DNA of 64,000 bases from Octopus bimaculoides (taxonomy: Eukaryota): contig NC_068982.1 of the NCBI RefSeq assembly GCF_001194135.2, positions 98,039,821 through 98,103,820 on the forward strand, written 5' to 3'. This document shows, one piece after another, positions 23,590-36,105 of the stretch. Position 1 is the stretch's first letter, and the number at the start of each line of letters is the position of its first letter. Under the pieces are notes generated by a model, which ran no database searches, was not told the DNA's origin, and worked only from the letters and a program-made list of their open reading frames with translations. Both the position numbers and the translations under genes were made by a program.

Positions 23590-24607
23590 TAACAATAATC
23601 ATAATGGTTATGGCAGTGATGGTGGTGCATTAGGATTACTGGGTGGTTAATTCTAAGTATCATGGTACAATAATCACAATGATGATGATGGTGGAAGCAA
23701 TGATGAGGATGATAATGGTGGTGGTGGTGATAAAGATAAGGTAAATGATTGTGGTTTTTGGTTTTGGCAAATGTTCTAAGGTAGAAAAAAAAACATGATA
23801 AAAAATGGTGACAGACACAACAATGTGTCTACTACACATAGAGATGATGATGATGGTAGTGATGGATATTGTAAAAGTGTTTTAATGATGAAGATGATAA
23901 TAGTAGTGATGATGGTGGTAGATATTGTTGTAAAAGTGTTTTGATGATGATGACAGCGACAATGATGATGATGCTATAATGTCAATGGCATCAACCAACA
24001 ACTATATTAAACAGAAAAAAAAAAAGATAAAGAAAATAGGGGGAAAAAAAAAATGCAATCTTGACTGTCTGCAGAAGAAGCCTAGCTGAAGATGGCAGCA
24101 GTCTTATACAACAATATTCTGCTCTACATGGCATCTGGGCAGACAGACTCTCTAACAAAGGAATTCTTCCAGAAAGTACTTCAACCATCGAATCAACTGC
24201 ATAGAATCAAAAGTTATACTGCAGCAGAAGTAATAAAGCCAGTGAGGGTGGCAGTGGTGGGCATTGGTGATAATGGTGTCGGTGATTATGATGGTTGGTA
24301 GCATGCAGCAGGCATAACTGCAGCAGTAACAACACAACTCAAAAGCAGCTGCAAAAGCTAGGTGCAGTAGTAAAGTTGCAGCAGACAGTGCAATGACAGC
24401 AGCAGCAGCAGTAGTTTATACCTAGGTCAACTCTGTTTCAAAAGACCTATAACCAAAGGCATTCCTGCCATGACCATCCAATCCTAAGAGTATGTTAAAT
24501 TACATGTGTTATCTGTTTCGCTTTTTATTTTAAAGATAGTATGAGGGAGATTTGGCTGCTATTTCTAAAAGCAGCACAGAGGCACCAACATTTCCAACCA
24601 CTACTAC

Positions 24608-24643
<36 letters not shown>

Positions 24644-25136
24644 TAGTAGTAGCAGTAGTAGCAGCAGCAGTAGTAGTAGTAGTGTCAACAAAAGTTTCAT
24701 TAGTGGTTTATAACAATAACAATTGATAAAATAAGTTGCCCCCCCCCCACTCTTTTTTAGCTCAAGTCAGTCTCTGATTGACAAGACCTGATTGTAGACG
24801 TTCCATATGTGACCAGCCTATCGGTATAAGATTGTTTTGCAAAACATCTTCATTTTTCAAGGCAATACAGTTACAATCTGAGAGGATTTAATCACTATTT
24901 CTAACAGACTGAGATAGAACAACCACAAAGGTACATACATACTTACATACGGATAACCATACTTAACAGTAACTACTATAATACTCAGTTCTAGTAAATA
25001 ATATTATCATTTGCTAGTATAGTTTATATACTGCTATTACTACAGTAAATGCAGTAGTACATTACAATGCAGTAGTAGTTGTAGTAGTAGTGGCAGCAGC
25101 AATACAAGTAGTGATAGCAGCACTATTGTAACAACA

Positions 25137-25172
<36 letters not shown>

Positions 25173-25198
25173 CAGTACTACTACTAGTAGTAGTAGTA

Positions 25199-25242
<44 letters not shown>

Positions 25243-25584
25243 TGTGGTGGTGGTGATGAAACTGAGTGTAGTAGTAATAGTATAGCTTTGTTATTGTTTG
25301 AACTCCAAAACCAGCTTTGAATTGAAGACGCTCCAAAAGTGACCATCCCATTTGCTGCATTCTCGCAACGTTACATATCTTACTAGGACTAACAACATTA
25401 TCCAACGTTTTGTAACAGTTTTTTTTTTTGTTTTCCTTTTAATGGGAGGGGAGGGATTTGGTAGCTATTTCTAGCTAGACTTGCTAAGAGACTCCCCCCC
25501 TGTGCCTCTAAAAACTAGCAGCAATGTACTGATAGTAACATTGAAAATAAGCATACCGACGACATCGTGCGAGTGGCGGTGGTG

Positions 25585-25628
<44 letters not shown>

Positions 25629-26110
25629 TGTTGTAGTAGTAGCAGCAGCAGCACCAGGAGCTGCAATCATGTCAACAACATATTAAAGCTTGTTCAACTA
25701 TATATACTTACTGAAAAGAAAAACACACACACACACACACACAGCATCATAACCAATACTACCACCACCACCAAATCATCGTTACTACTACTACTACTAC
25801 ATCTGCAACTATTACTACTACTACTACTATCCGCAGCCACCATTATTATCATCATTATCATCAGCAAAACGACAACTGCAGAAACACACAATGTGCGCGA
25901 AGTGGAGGGGAGGAAGGTAGGGATGGGGGATGGATTGGCGGGGGAGAGGGTGGTGGTGCTGAGCTGCGTCTGAATGGAAGTAATATAATGCTGAGTCATC
26001 TGAGAGAAAGGGATGAGGCATATGGGGAGAGAGAGCGAGAGAAAAAGAGAGAATGAGGTGGAGGTGGTGGTGGTCGTGTAGCTGATGGTGATGTTAGCAA
26101 TGCCAAGTTT
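23590..26110. repeat. ~2.5-kb domain of trinucleotide low-complexity arrays (GAT/GGT/AGT/GCA/CTA)
   Basis: Long (AGT)n runs at ~24600-24680, 25070-25250 and 25585-25640; (CTA)n runs at ~25785-25830. Confidence 0.9.
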
Positions 26111-26184
26111 GTGAATTTCATCATAGTAATGCTAGCATTCGAGTGGTGCTAGACCGGCAGAAGGAGTGGGGGGCAGTTTAGAAG

Positions 26185-26237
<53 letters not shown>

Positions 26238-27448
26238 TACACATATACACACATAAGAAACATGTAAATAAGAAAACATGATGACGGCGATGATGATGAT
26301 AGTGGAAATACTTGCAAAATTATAGAGCTAGCTAGCTGTTTAAAGCTTATAACACAAGTCTAATTTTACAAGTTTTCGAAAATAACCAACTCTTTTAACT
26401 GAAAAAGTTTAGAAAATTACAACTTTCTTTCTAGATTCTTCATTGAGTTCAAGTATTGTTTTATATAGGCAATCTATTAGCATTAACATAAGTAGTCATT
26501 GAAAACAAATATATTCATTAACATAATTTATCCAATCACTTAACATAATTAATTCATACTGGATTTAATGAGTGAAACAAGCACCGGGAAATAATGTTTA
26601 GAAAAGAAAAATAGAATGTAAGTTTCTGGATGGACTTCATGCCTTTCTTATTTGCATTTTAGCGACGTAAGATGAAAATGGATACAGCAGAGAAAGAAAT
26701 CCAAACCAGGTCAACATGACTAGGTTCTTCCGCATAATTAATTATAATATAAATATTTTTACTCACTTAAAAAGTGTAGCTAACATTTCATGTAACTCTT
26801 AGCAACATGTTCTAACTAAAACTTCCGAAGAAACTTTGTAACTAATATGAACAAGATATGATAGATTTAAAACGAACTTTTTTTAAAGGGAATAATAAAT
26901 TTATATTAAATTCAGTTGAAAAAGTTAAAATTATAAAAGAAGTAAAGAATTTGGGTTGAAAAAGGGAAAAGAAATTTTTTTAAATGACATGATGTACAAA
27001 TTATACGCATACATTAAACACATTTAAACATACATAAAATAAATCAATGTTATATATACACACACATACACGTACATACACACACACACCACACATTATA
27101 TAGGTATTTATATAATTATAACATAGCATTTTAATTAATGGAAAGGAGGATGGGCGAATAGATAAACAAATACTGAACGTCAATAAATGGATGGAGTTAT
27201 AAAGAAACATTTATTACATATATTTTCTAGTCTTTGTCTCAGGCAAACGTTGTTTCAAGAACTGTTTCGATTGTTCAAAAGATTGGTCCAAGAACAAAGA
27301 ACGGAAGCCGTCGCCAAAGATAAGAGATTAAACACATATACACATGTATATGTATGTGTGTGTGTGTGACATACACACAAACATATACAACACACATATA
27401 CAAACACACATGCATGTATGTCATTAAAGAAGATGGGAGAATGTATGC

Positions 27449-27542
<94 letters not shown>

Positions 27543-28303
27543 CATTGCTACGAAATAAGCAGAGAAACAAACACGATAACAATAATATAGAAAAGGAAAG
27601 AATAATAAAGATGATAATAAGTTAACAGAAAGATTGGAGAACAAAGATCGGCCATTAGTAGAAAAACACGACAGTAGATTAAATGAACAACTTTTGGGTT
27701 ATTCTTTGCTCTTTATTGTTTTTAGAGTTTGTGTATGTGTGAATGTGAGTCGGTGGAGATACAATATTATTATTAATATCATTGTTATTATGTCTGAAGA
27801 CAAGACAAGCAGACAAAGAGAAAAGCGTGTTTATGTGTAACATGGCACAAGAGGAAAAAAAGCTATAATTGGTGGAGCAAAACACCACCAACAGCAACAA
27901 CAGTTTATTTATCAGACATTAATTTAGAAATCAAAGAAAGCTCGCTCCCTCTCTCTCATCTGTCTCTGCCTTTTAGTTCATATAATAAATAATATTTCCC
28001 CTCCTGTTCCCCACCGCTGAATTGGAAGAATATCTTCATTGCTTAGAATCACTTGCAGAAACTCATGTCTGGGTACATGAATACGCAGACACGACAATGA
28101 ACTGTGGCAGAGATTGAAAAGCAACTTTAATTTATTTTTGTTTTCACATCTTTGCTCTTTGTTTATAACATTATTTTTTCGCATCACTGAATGCCAGTTT
28201 ATCAAATGATTTTAACTCGGTTTGTTTATACTGTAGGTGCGAATGCAAGTGTGTATGCATATGTGTATCTGTGTGTGTGTATGTATGTATGTATATATAT
28301 ATA

Positions 28304-28615
28304 NNNNNNNNNNNNNNNNNNNNNNNNNNNNNNNNNNNNNNNNNNNNNNNNNNNNNNNNNNNNNNNNNNNNNNNNNNNNNNNNNNNNNNNNNNNNNNNNN
28401 NNNNNNNNNNNNNNNNNNNNNNNNNNNNNNNNNNNNNNNNNNNNNNNNNNNNNNNNNNNNNNNNNNNNNNNNNNNNNNNNNNNNNNNNNNNNNNNNNNNN
28501 NNNNNNNNNNNNNNNNNNNNNNNNNNNNNNNNNNNNNNNNNNNNNNNNNNNNNNNNNNNNNNNNNNNNNNNNNNNNNNNNNNNNNNNNNNNNNNNNNNNN
28601 NNNNNNNNNNNNNNN
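28304..28615. other. Assembly gap (N run)
   Basis: Ns between (TA)n runs. Confidence 1.
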
Positions 28616-29355
28616 ATATATGGATATAAATATACAATATGTATCTATATATATATACACACATGCTTCATCGACGTGACTGGCGCGATTGTGACGCAGC
28701 TGTTATCATATCACATATCAAATATAACTACATATTGGTTCTTTTTGTCTGTTACATAGTCCTCAACATTTGGGGTCGATTAATACATCCAAAAGGCTAA
28801 ATGCCGAGAATTAATATTAAAAAAAAATACAAAAACAGAGGGTTGTAGTAGACACAATTTGTGGGAAGGATAATCTAAATGATATCACAAATAATTAACA
28901 AAATAGAGATCTTCTACATTTAGTTAGTTACTCTGATAAACTTTATAAATTTCTATGTATATACACATGCCACGTACTGGTCATGCACAGGGACAACAAT
29001 ACAAAAGACAAAGAGCACATTCAACTCTGAAAATAGTGCTACAGTATGGTCGGCCTTAGGCCTAAACTGGAACAACATTGTGGCAATAGGTTTCCTCTGT
29101 CTCAATATTATACCCAATATTGAATCCTTTCTCGTTTTAGGTGTTATTTATCGGTTAACAACCCTAATATTTATATAGCTATATACATGTATGTATGTAT
29201 AAGACAATAAGTCAATAATATGCATTCATATAAAACCAACACAAAGAAATCTTGAACGAACAATAAAAATAAATCCAACACTGCACATAAAATACTTAAT
29301 GCTTGTATTTCATATCTTCTCTATAATAACTATTGCTTAACCATTTTCTTGCACT

Positions 29356-29403
29356 GTCTCTGATGAAGGGATAAATAAATTATTCCGGAAACAGTTGTAA
29401 GAC
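29356..29403 (+). ncRNA. Type I hammerhead-like motif (family B)
   Basis: GUCU-CUGAUGA-A-GGGAUAA-AUAAA-UUAUUCC-G-GAAAC-AGUU-GUA-AGAC. Stem I is 4 bp perfect, stem II 7 bp, putative cleavage triplet GUA. Confidence 0.65.
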
Positions 29404-29555
29404 CCCTTTATAAATGTTCTGAAATCTTGCATAGCCTCGAATTTTTTTTATCTCATTCTGTTAACACACACACACACACATATATATACTCGGGCGAATA
29501 TATAAATATATACAGGTAATGTGTGTGTGTGTGTGTGTGTGTATATATACATGTA

Positions 29556-29599
<44 letters not shown>

Positions 29600-30593
29600 T
29601 ATACATACACACACTGACTATATAGATATACACATTCTGTGCGTGTGTACGTCTACATATATACACTCTTTATTACACTCACCCAAAAGTGATGTTTAGT
29701 GAAATTATGAATATACGGTAAATCGTACAGATATAGTAAATATGATTTTCATAAAATATACATACTAATTGTATCTACTATTATTTAAATTCATGAAAAG
29801 ACAAGTACAATTAGAAGTCCCCTAACAAATAAAAGGTTGATATAGCTAAAGCCCAACTTCCTCACACTAAACTTATCCATTGTCTGAATGTAACATTCAA
29901 ATCAAATCTTTTGTCAACCACCAGTGGAAAGCTCACTAAATAAAAGCAGTGAAGCTTTAACCAACAATGGACAAGCAGTATTTTTCTTTTCTTTCATTAT
30001 TCACATACGTTTTATATCAAACTTGTACCCTTATTTATTTATTTATTCCTTATAAGGAACATTATGTTTTAATGTGTTAAGATAACCAAAATGTTTTCTA
30101 AAAAGAAAATACATGTGTTGAATAAATTTATTACTAATTCTTCAATTTAAAATTATTTTTACAATTATATTTTCTCTCCTTTAACCATTTTTCTATAGTT
30201 TTCTTTGTCTTCAGAGAGGAGAGAAAAATGCATTGTGTCGGAAACAGCCGAAAAGTCATATAAATATTTCCGTGATATTTCGGTTTTGTTCGGAATTGAA
30301 CCGAGCATTGACGTAAAAATCTATCGGAGACGAAAATTAACTTTCACAACTTTGAGAATTTGTTTTATTTTAGAACTGTTTACTATTTCAAAATAAAATA
30401 AGATGAAATAAATTATTATAATTTATAATTATTTTACGGTAATAAACTGGAAAAACGAAACAGCAAATTTGTACGTCGCGTTAGGGATACGCTGGTGTTC
30501 CCTTCTAAAAAAAATGTTTATCAAGATTGTGCGTGTATAGATACAATAGACGCACATCATGTGCATACATACACACAAAAATACATATTATAT

Positions 30594-30657
<64 letters not shown>

Positions 30658-30740
30658 GCATGTGTATATCTGTATATATGCATATCTGTGTGTGTTGCGT
30701 GTGTGTCTAAACATATTTACATGCCTGTGCATACGTACAC

Positions 30741-30855
30741 TCTTTTACTTGTTTCAGTCATTTGACTGTAGCCATGCTGGAGCACTGCCTTTAGTCGAGC
30801 AAATCGACCCCAGGACTTATTCTTTGGAAGCCTAGTACTTATTCTATCAGTCTTC
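30741..30855 (-). mobile_element. SINE family 1, 3' end, truncated by a gap
   Basis: tcttttacttgtttcagtcatttgactgtagccatgctggagcactgcc... Confidence 0.85.
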
Positions 30856-30865
30856 NNNNNNNNNN
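30856..30865. other. Assembly gap (10 N)
   Basis: Direct reading. Confidence 1.
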
Positions 30866-31244
30866 GGGGTCAAACATATATATTTTTTTCTTAATTAGCA
30901 GAAGTTAGAGTGACTCAACGGGCGAAAGCTTCGTGCACTGGAGAATGTACGAAACTTTTGGTCTCTGGATCACTCTCTAACTGCAATCTTCCTGAAATAC
31001 ACACACACATACATCCATAAGCTATATTTGTGCGTTAATCTTTGCAAAGGCATTTTGGAGAAAGAAACTTTCCGTATGTACAATCAGACAGTATTAAATA
31101 TCTGACAAGAGTGTTTCAGAAAAATGAATGAAACAACCGCTAAACCTACTATATGGATTGTTTCTAATGAGATAAAAACAAATATTTTGCACGAAGCTCA
31201 ATGTTTTTTTCGAATTTCAGCAGAAATGTAGGCAACTTAATTTT

Positions 31245-31523
31245 TTTTTTCAGTCATTGCACCGCTTTGAGGAATTTATCGAATAAATCGGCCCCAGGAA
31301 TTATTCTATCTGTTACTTTTTACCGAACCGCTAGATTACGAGGACGTAAACAAACCAGCACTGGTTGTCGTGGTGTAAATACACACATATACACGGGTGT
31401 GTGTGTGACCAAATCCAGTCATAAAGCTCAGATTGGTTCAGAAAGACGTACCACGCATTGGGACTGAACCCGGAACCGTGTGGTTAGGAAGTGGATTTCT
31501 TACCACACAACCACGCCTACGCC
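31245..31523 (-). mobile_element. SINE family 1, diverged copy with CpGs retained
   Basis: taccgaaccgctagattacgaggacgtaaac...gggactgaacccggaaccgtgtggtt. Confidence 0.75.
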
Positions 31524-32483
31524 CGAAAAAACCCTATTTTCTTAATATATTTCGAAACCCCCCCTTTTTTTTTTTTTTTGTCAATTACCTTCCACTGTGT
31601 GAATAAATCTGTCCCTTAAAATTCCTTTGTTATTGTTCTTAGAGGCAAACGCGATCTAACCGTGACTAAACCTCACGTTAGATGGTCATGACTGGAAGAC
31701 TATTTTAAGGTCATGTGTAAGAAAAGGGAGATTAGACTGCTATTTTTAGCAAATAAGCGCTTACATAGATATTGCTAGTTTTAAAACTTTTACAGGACTT
31801 TCAGCTACCAACATTGACAAATTCACACTGTGCAGTCACTCGTCTTGCGATAAATAGGAGCTAAACTTCCTTCAAATCGCACCTAACACCCCGACCGCCT
31901 TAATAAAGGAAGGGAACATTGAACAACGTTGTCCATGATACACTATATCTAAACAAAATAAGGAATGGCCACGACTGGAACGTCTTTGAAGAGACGGCTG
32001 CTATACAACAAACTCATTGTCCGGTTCCTTCAAGTAAACGTTTATAACACACAACACACACAGAGTTGCTGGACAGGCATATGTGTATGTGTTTGTGTGT
32101 ATAAGCATGTTTGAGTATGTAGACGTGAGGGAAGGAGAAGAAAGCATAAGACAGGAAAAACAATAAAAGCAAAACCGACAGGAGGAAATAAGAAAACGGA
32201 GGCAGAGACAGAGAGGGTGGGGAATAAAAAGCTAGCGAGAAAAGAGGTAGGAGGAGAACAAATAATAGTAATAACAGTAGTAGTGGTGGTGGTGGTAGCA
32301 GCCGCAGCATCATCATCATCAATATACAACTTGTGTATGTATCAGTCGAGCGTGTTGTATACTGTAATTGTAGTAAACAAACCGACAGATCACATGAATA
32401 GTGTGTAAATATACTCAACACATATTTTTGTGTGTGTACATAATACAACTGTGTTTGTGATTATGTCTGTATGTGTGTGGTAT

Positions 32484-32519
<36 letters not shown>

Positions 32520-32699
32520 TACGTCTGTACGTCTGCATTTTAACATGTTCAAACAAACATTTGCAGAAAGTTGTCAGTTCTACAAATAGAGGGAAAAAAA
32601 ACTGTGGATTCCGAGAAAACTAGCGATGTTCAGTCGTCAGTAAAATAAGACAAGAAAACAGAGTTGAATAGAAATAATAACTCAGTTTGTATGGTTGTT

Positions 32700-33060
32700 T
32701 AAGGCGAGAGGGAAGAAAAAGTCTAACGCTTCGGGACAGAATCCTTTGGGAGAAGAGATGGAGGATGGAGAGGAAGAAAGGGTGGGAAAAAAAGAGATGA
32801 GGGGGGAGGGGAAGGAGGAAGATGAACGGTCAACTGTGGAAGGTGAAGTAAAGGAGGAGAAAAATGCAACAAGTGTAGAGACAGAACTCTTCCTGAGAGA
32901 GAGACAGAGAGAGAGACAGAGTGGAAGAGAACTGGAGTGGTAGGGAGAGAGGAGAAGAAAGAAGATGTGACAAGTAGGGAGGTGGAGACGGTCAGAGAGA
33001 GGAAGAAATAGGTGATTGAAGGGAGAGAGATGGATGTATAAAGAATGCTAACTGATATGA
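32700..33060. repeat. Purine-rich (GA) low-complexity tract
   Basis: Plus strand is almost entirely G/A. Confidence 0.8.
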
Positions 33061-33601
33061 AAAAAATTTGCAGTGATAGAGGAGGAGACAAAATTACACG
33101 TTGACTAGTTAATAGCGACTTGGAAATCATAGGAAGCTACTTTTTAGAAACTTTCTTACGGTGACAAACTTCCTCTACTATACTGATGTACACATGATCG
33201 GTTTAACCTGAAGGAAATACGCCTTATAGACATTGCAGACTACACTGTGTTTAAAAAGCTCATACACACACACACACAAATGAATTAAGGGAAATAACTG
33301 AAATAGGCATTTAGCACGGATTAATGTTATTTACTTATGATGAACGGAAAAAAATTCCCAGTTAATTCAAATTTCAATTGAAGAAAACAAAATCCTAATG
33401 ATAATTTAGACTTTCAAATAAAAAGGGAGACAATTTCTAAAAATTAAAAATTGATGTCACAAAAATACTTTTGTGAAATTAATTCTTAACTTCTCGAAAT
33501 TATCTCCCTTGTTCTTTGAGAAACTCCAAAAATTATCGTAGGGAATTTTTTCCTTCAGCTAAAATTTCACTTTACTAACATCTTAATATTTGTCAAACAT
33601 T

Positions 33602-33874
33602 TTAACCCTTTTCCCTCGATAGGTGGATTTGACTAGGGTTTAAACGAGTGTCTGTATGCGGCCGTTCGACCTGCGAGATGTAAAATTCCTTTAAAATCAC
33701 GCCATACCGTTTTGAACAAAAGACACAACTCTTGGATAAAGTGGGAAGCATCATAACTGACGTGACTTCTGGGTCATCAAGTGGTTCAAGTCTTTTACCA
33801 TCAGACACTTTTGCTCGCCCAATAGATCAAGTCGTCCTAATTCAAATATAATGCTTGAGTTGAACAGGGGTTAA
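33602..33874. mobile_element. Possible TTAA-flanked MITE
   Basis: ttaa-ccctttt...acagggg-ttaa with weak terminal complementarity. Confidence 0.35.
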
Positions 33875-34413
33875 ATAACAGCATTTCTGTTACAAGTGTT
33901 ACTGTGTCACAAACGAATTCCAAAAAAAAAGCCTTCAGTGCAACAGCAGTGCTAATTACATATACATACACAAATGCATGAAAATTTCTGAGCTTATATG
34001 CAACTTCGAATTTATTGAAAAGGAAAAAGCAAGCTTCATACAATTTCCGTAGATATGACTGAAAATTGTTCTAAGTTTAAATCGAAACCGAGAAACAATA
34101 GAACATCGGTCGAGATTTCTTCCATTGATCAAGCGGAATAAAAAAATAACATTATACAAAATAAACAAAGCAATGCGTTATTATCACGCTTGAATTTATT
34201 GATCCGATACGTCTGAGAATCAATTGATTCACGAGGGGCTGACACATGGTTTAGTTTTTCCTTCGAACTATTTAATGATTTTTGTACAATAATGTCAAAT
34301 ACAAACTCACAACATATTGGAAAATACCCACCCAACACAGTAACAACGTACGCATTGTGGCAACAAAATACAATCGAAAGGTGCCGCTACATAGCAGTCA
34401 CAAATAAATTTCT

Positions 34414-34678
34414 GCGTGCTGTGTTCTTGAGCAAGACACTTCATTTCACGTTGCTCCAGTTAACTCAGCTATAGAAATGAGTTGCGACATCACTGGTGCC
34501 AAGCTGTATCGGCCTTTACCTTTCCCTTGGATAACATCAGTGGTGTGGAGAGGGGAGGCTGATACGCATGGGCGACTGCTGGCTTTCCACAAGCAACCAT
34601 GCCCGGACTTGTGCCTCGGAGGGTAACTTTCCAGGTGCAATCCCATGGTCATTCATGACCGAAGGGGGGGGGTCTCCT
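34414..34678 (+). mobile_element. SINE family 3, 5'-truncated
   Basis: Closely similar body to 13500-13760. Confidence 0.85.
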
Positions 34679-35690
34679 CCTCCATGTAGTTCTAAACATT
34701 CCCTTACAATGACAGCGTGATCGTGACAGGAATACAAAGGGCTAAAAAAAAGACGACACTGAGTAAAATGAGTACACTTCTCATTGAAGATAGTAAACGA
34801 GAATAACGGAAGTGAGGTTGCTCCCTTAGCATAAGAACAAATTTGATCCATCATACCTAACGAGCAAAAGTGCTCAAATTGCACCGATTTTGCTCATATT
34901 TTTTTTTTATTCAAGTTAGACATAGGACAACAATACCGAATGCGTCATTCACTTATGATAGTGGTATGTGGTTTGGGACCGACTTTGCTTTAATTTCAAA
35001 CAGATCAAAAGACGGCTCAACTATTAAATTGATTTTAACTGTAGAGTAGTATAACACGTGTATATAGAGAAGTGTAATTTGGATAGTGATTAAATTGATG
35101 TATCATATGTAGCTATAGAAGTAAATTGAGTATATGTACATTGAGTAGGTTGCGCAAGCTGAACGGGTGTGACTAAGAGGTGCAGTAAATAAGGTATGGT
35201 AGCTAAAAAAAAGGCAAAATGAGTGTAACCCACGTAGATATAATTGTTAAATGAATGTTCTTAGACTTGAGAGGAATAAATGAGTGTAAATTTGGTTAAA
35301 TGGTGACTTTTACTACTGGCTCCAGCAAATGACTGATACTTTGTTAGACACTACTGAAATGATAGCCAAAGATAGTCCTTCTCATTAGTAGAATTTGAAA
35401 GAAGATTGTAAGTATTAAGCCCCGCACAATAGAGACGTAAGAAAATAAAATAGAATAATGAAGTCTAAGAGGACCTAGTGCTGGCGCTCCTCTTACGTAT
35501 TAAAAAATGACTTTTAAGTTAGAAACATATAACATTTCCAGGTCATGGTCCAAGAAGAAAAGAACAACACGAGCGTGTGTGAAATGACTTAAAGAAATAT
35601 TTGAGCATTATTTAGAAAGATTGACCAGCTACTATTTGAATAACGATAGCATGAGTATCAATTTGAACACACAGACTATATAATGTCAAA

Positions 35691-35825
35691 TGTGTTGGAG
35701 TTAGGAAGGGCATCCAGCTGTAGAAATTCTGCCAAATCAGATTGGAGCCTGGTGTAGCCATTTGGTTTCACCAGTCCTCAGTTAAATCGTCCAACCCTAA
35801 ACGACGACGATGATGATGATGATGT
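35691..35825 (+). mobile_element. RTE 3' tail
   Basis: ttaggaagggcatccagctgtagaaa...cagattggagcctgg...aaacgacgacgatgatg. Confidence 0.85.
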
Positions 35826-35979
35826 GTTTCACACTTGCAAAACCAATGAAGAATCAAATGCATAATGAATCACTTTTATGGTTATCATTTGTAAATTGGA
35901 TAGCTGCTATGTTTGAAAGGATATAGATGAGGTAAGCGTTTCTTGACTGGATAATTTAGTCTTTTGAGTGTAACCTAGC

Positions 35980-36105
35980 TAAATTTTCAAATTAACACCC
36001 GCACGATTTTCACTAGGGTGTTAGGGTGGGAATTCCGTCCTTAACCCTAAAACCGTAACCCCATCACCCTAGTGAAAACCGTGTGGGTGTTAATCTGAAA
36101 ATTTA
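35980..36105. mobile_element. 126-bp MITE-like inverted repeat with telomere-like spacer motifs
   Basis: 41-bp arms (35980-36020 / 36065-36105) with 3 mismatches. Spacer contains ttagggt and taaccctaa/taaccc. Confidence 0.65.

Noticed and set aside
32695-33130. Glu/Lys/Arg-rich ORF and its Ser/Leu/Phe-rich antisense ORF
   Set aside because: Products of a GA-rich low-complexity tract with no supporting splice or homology signal.
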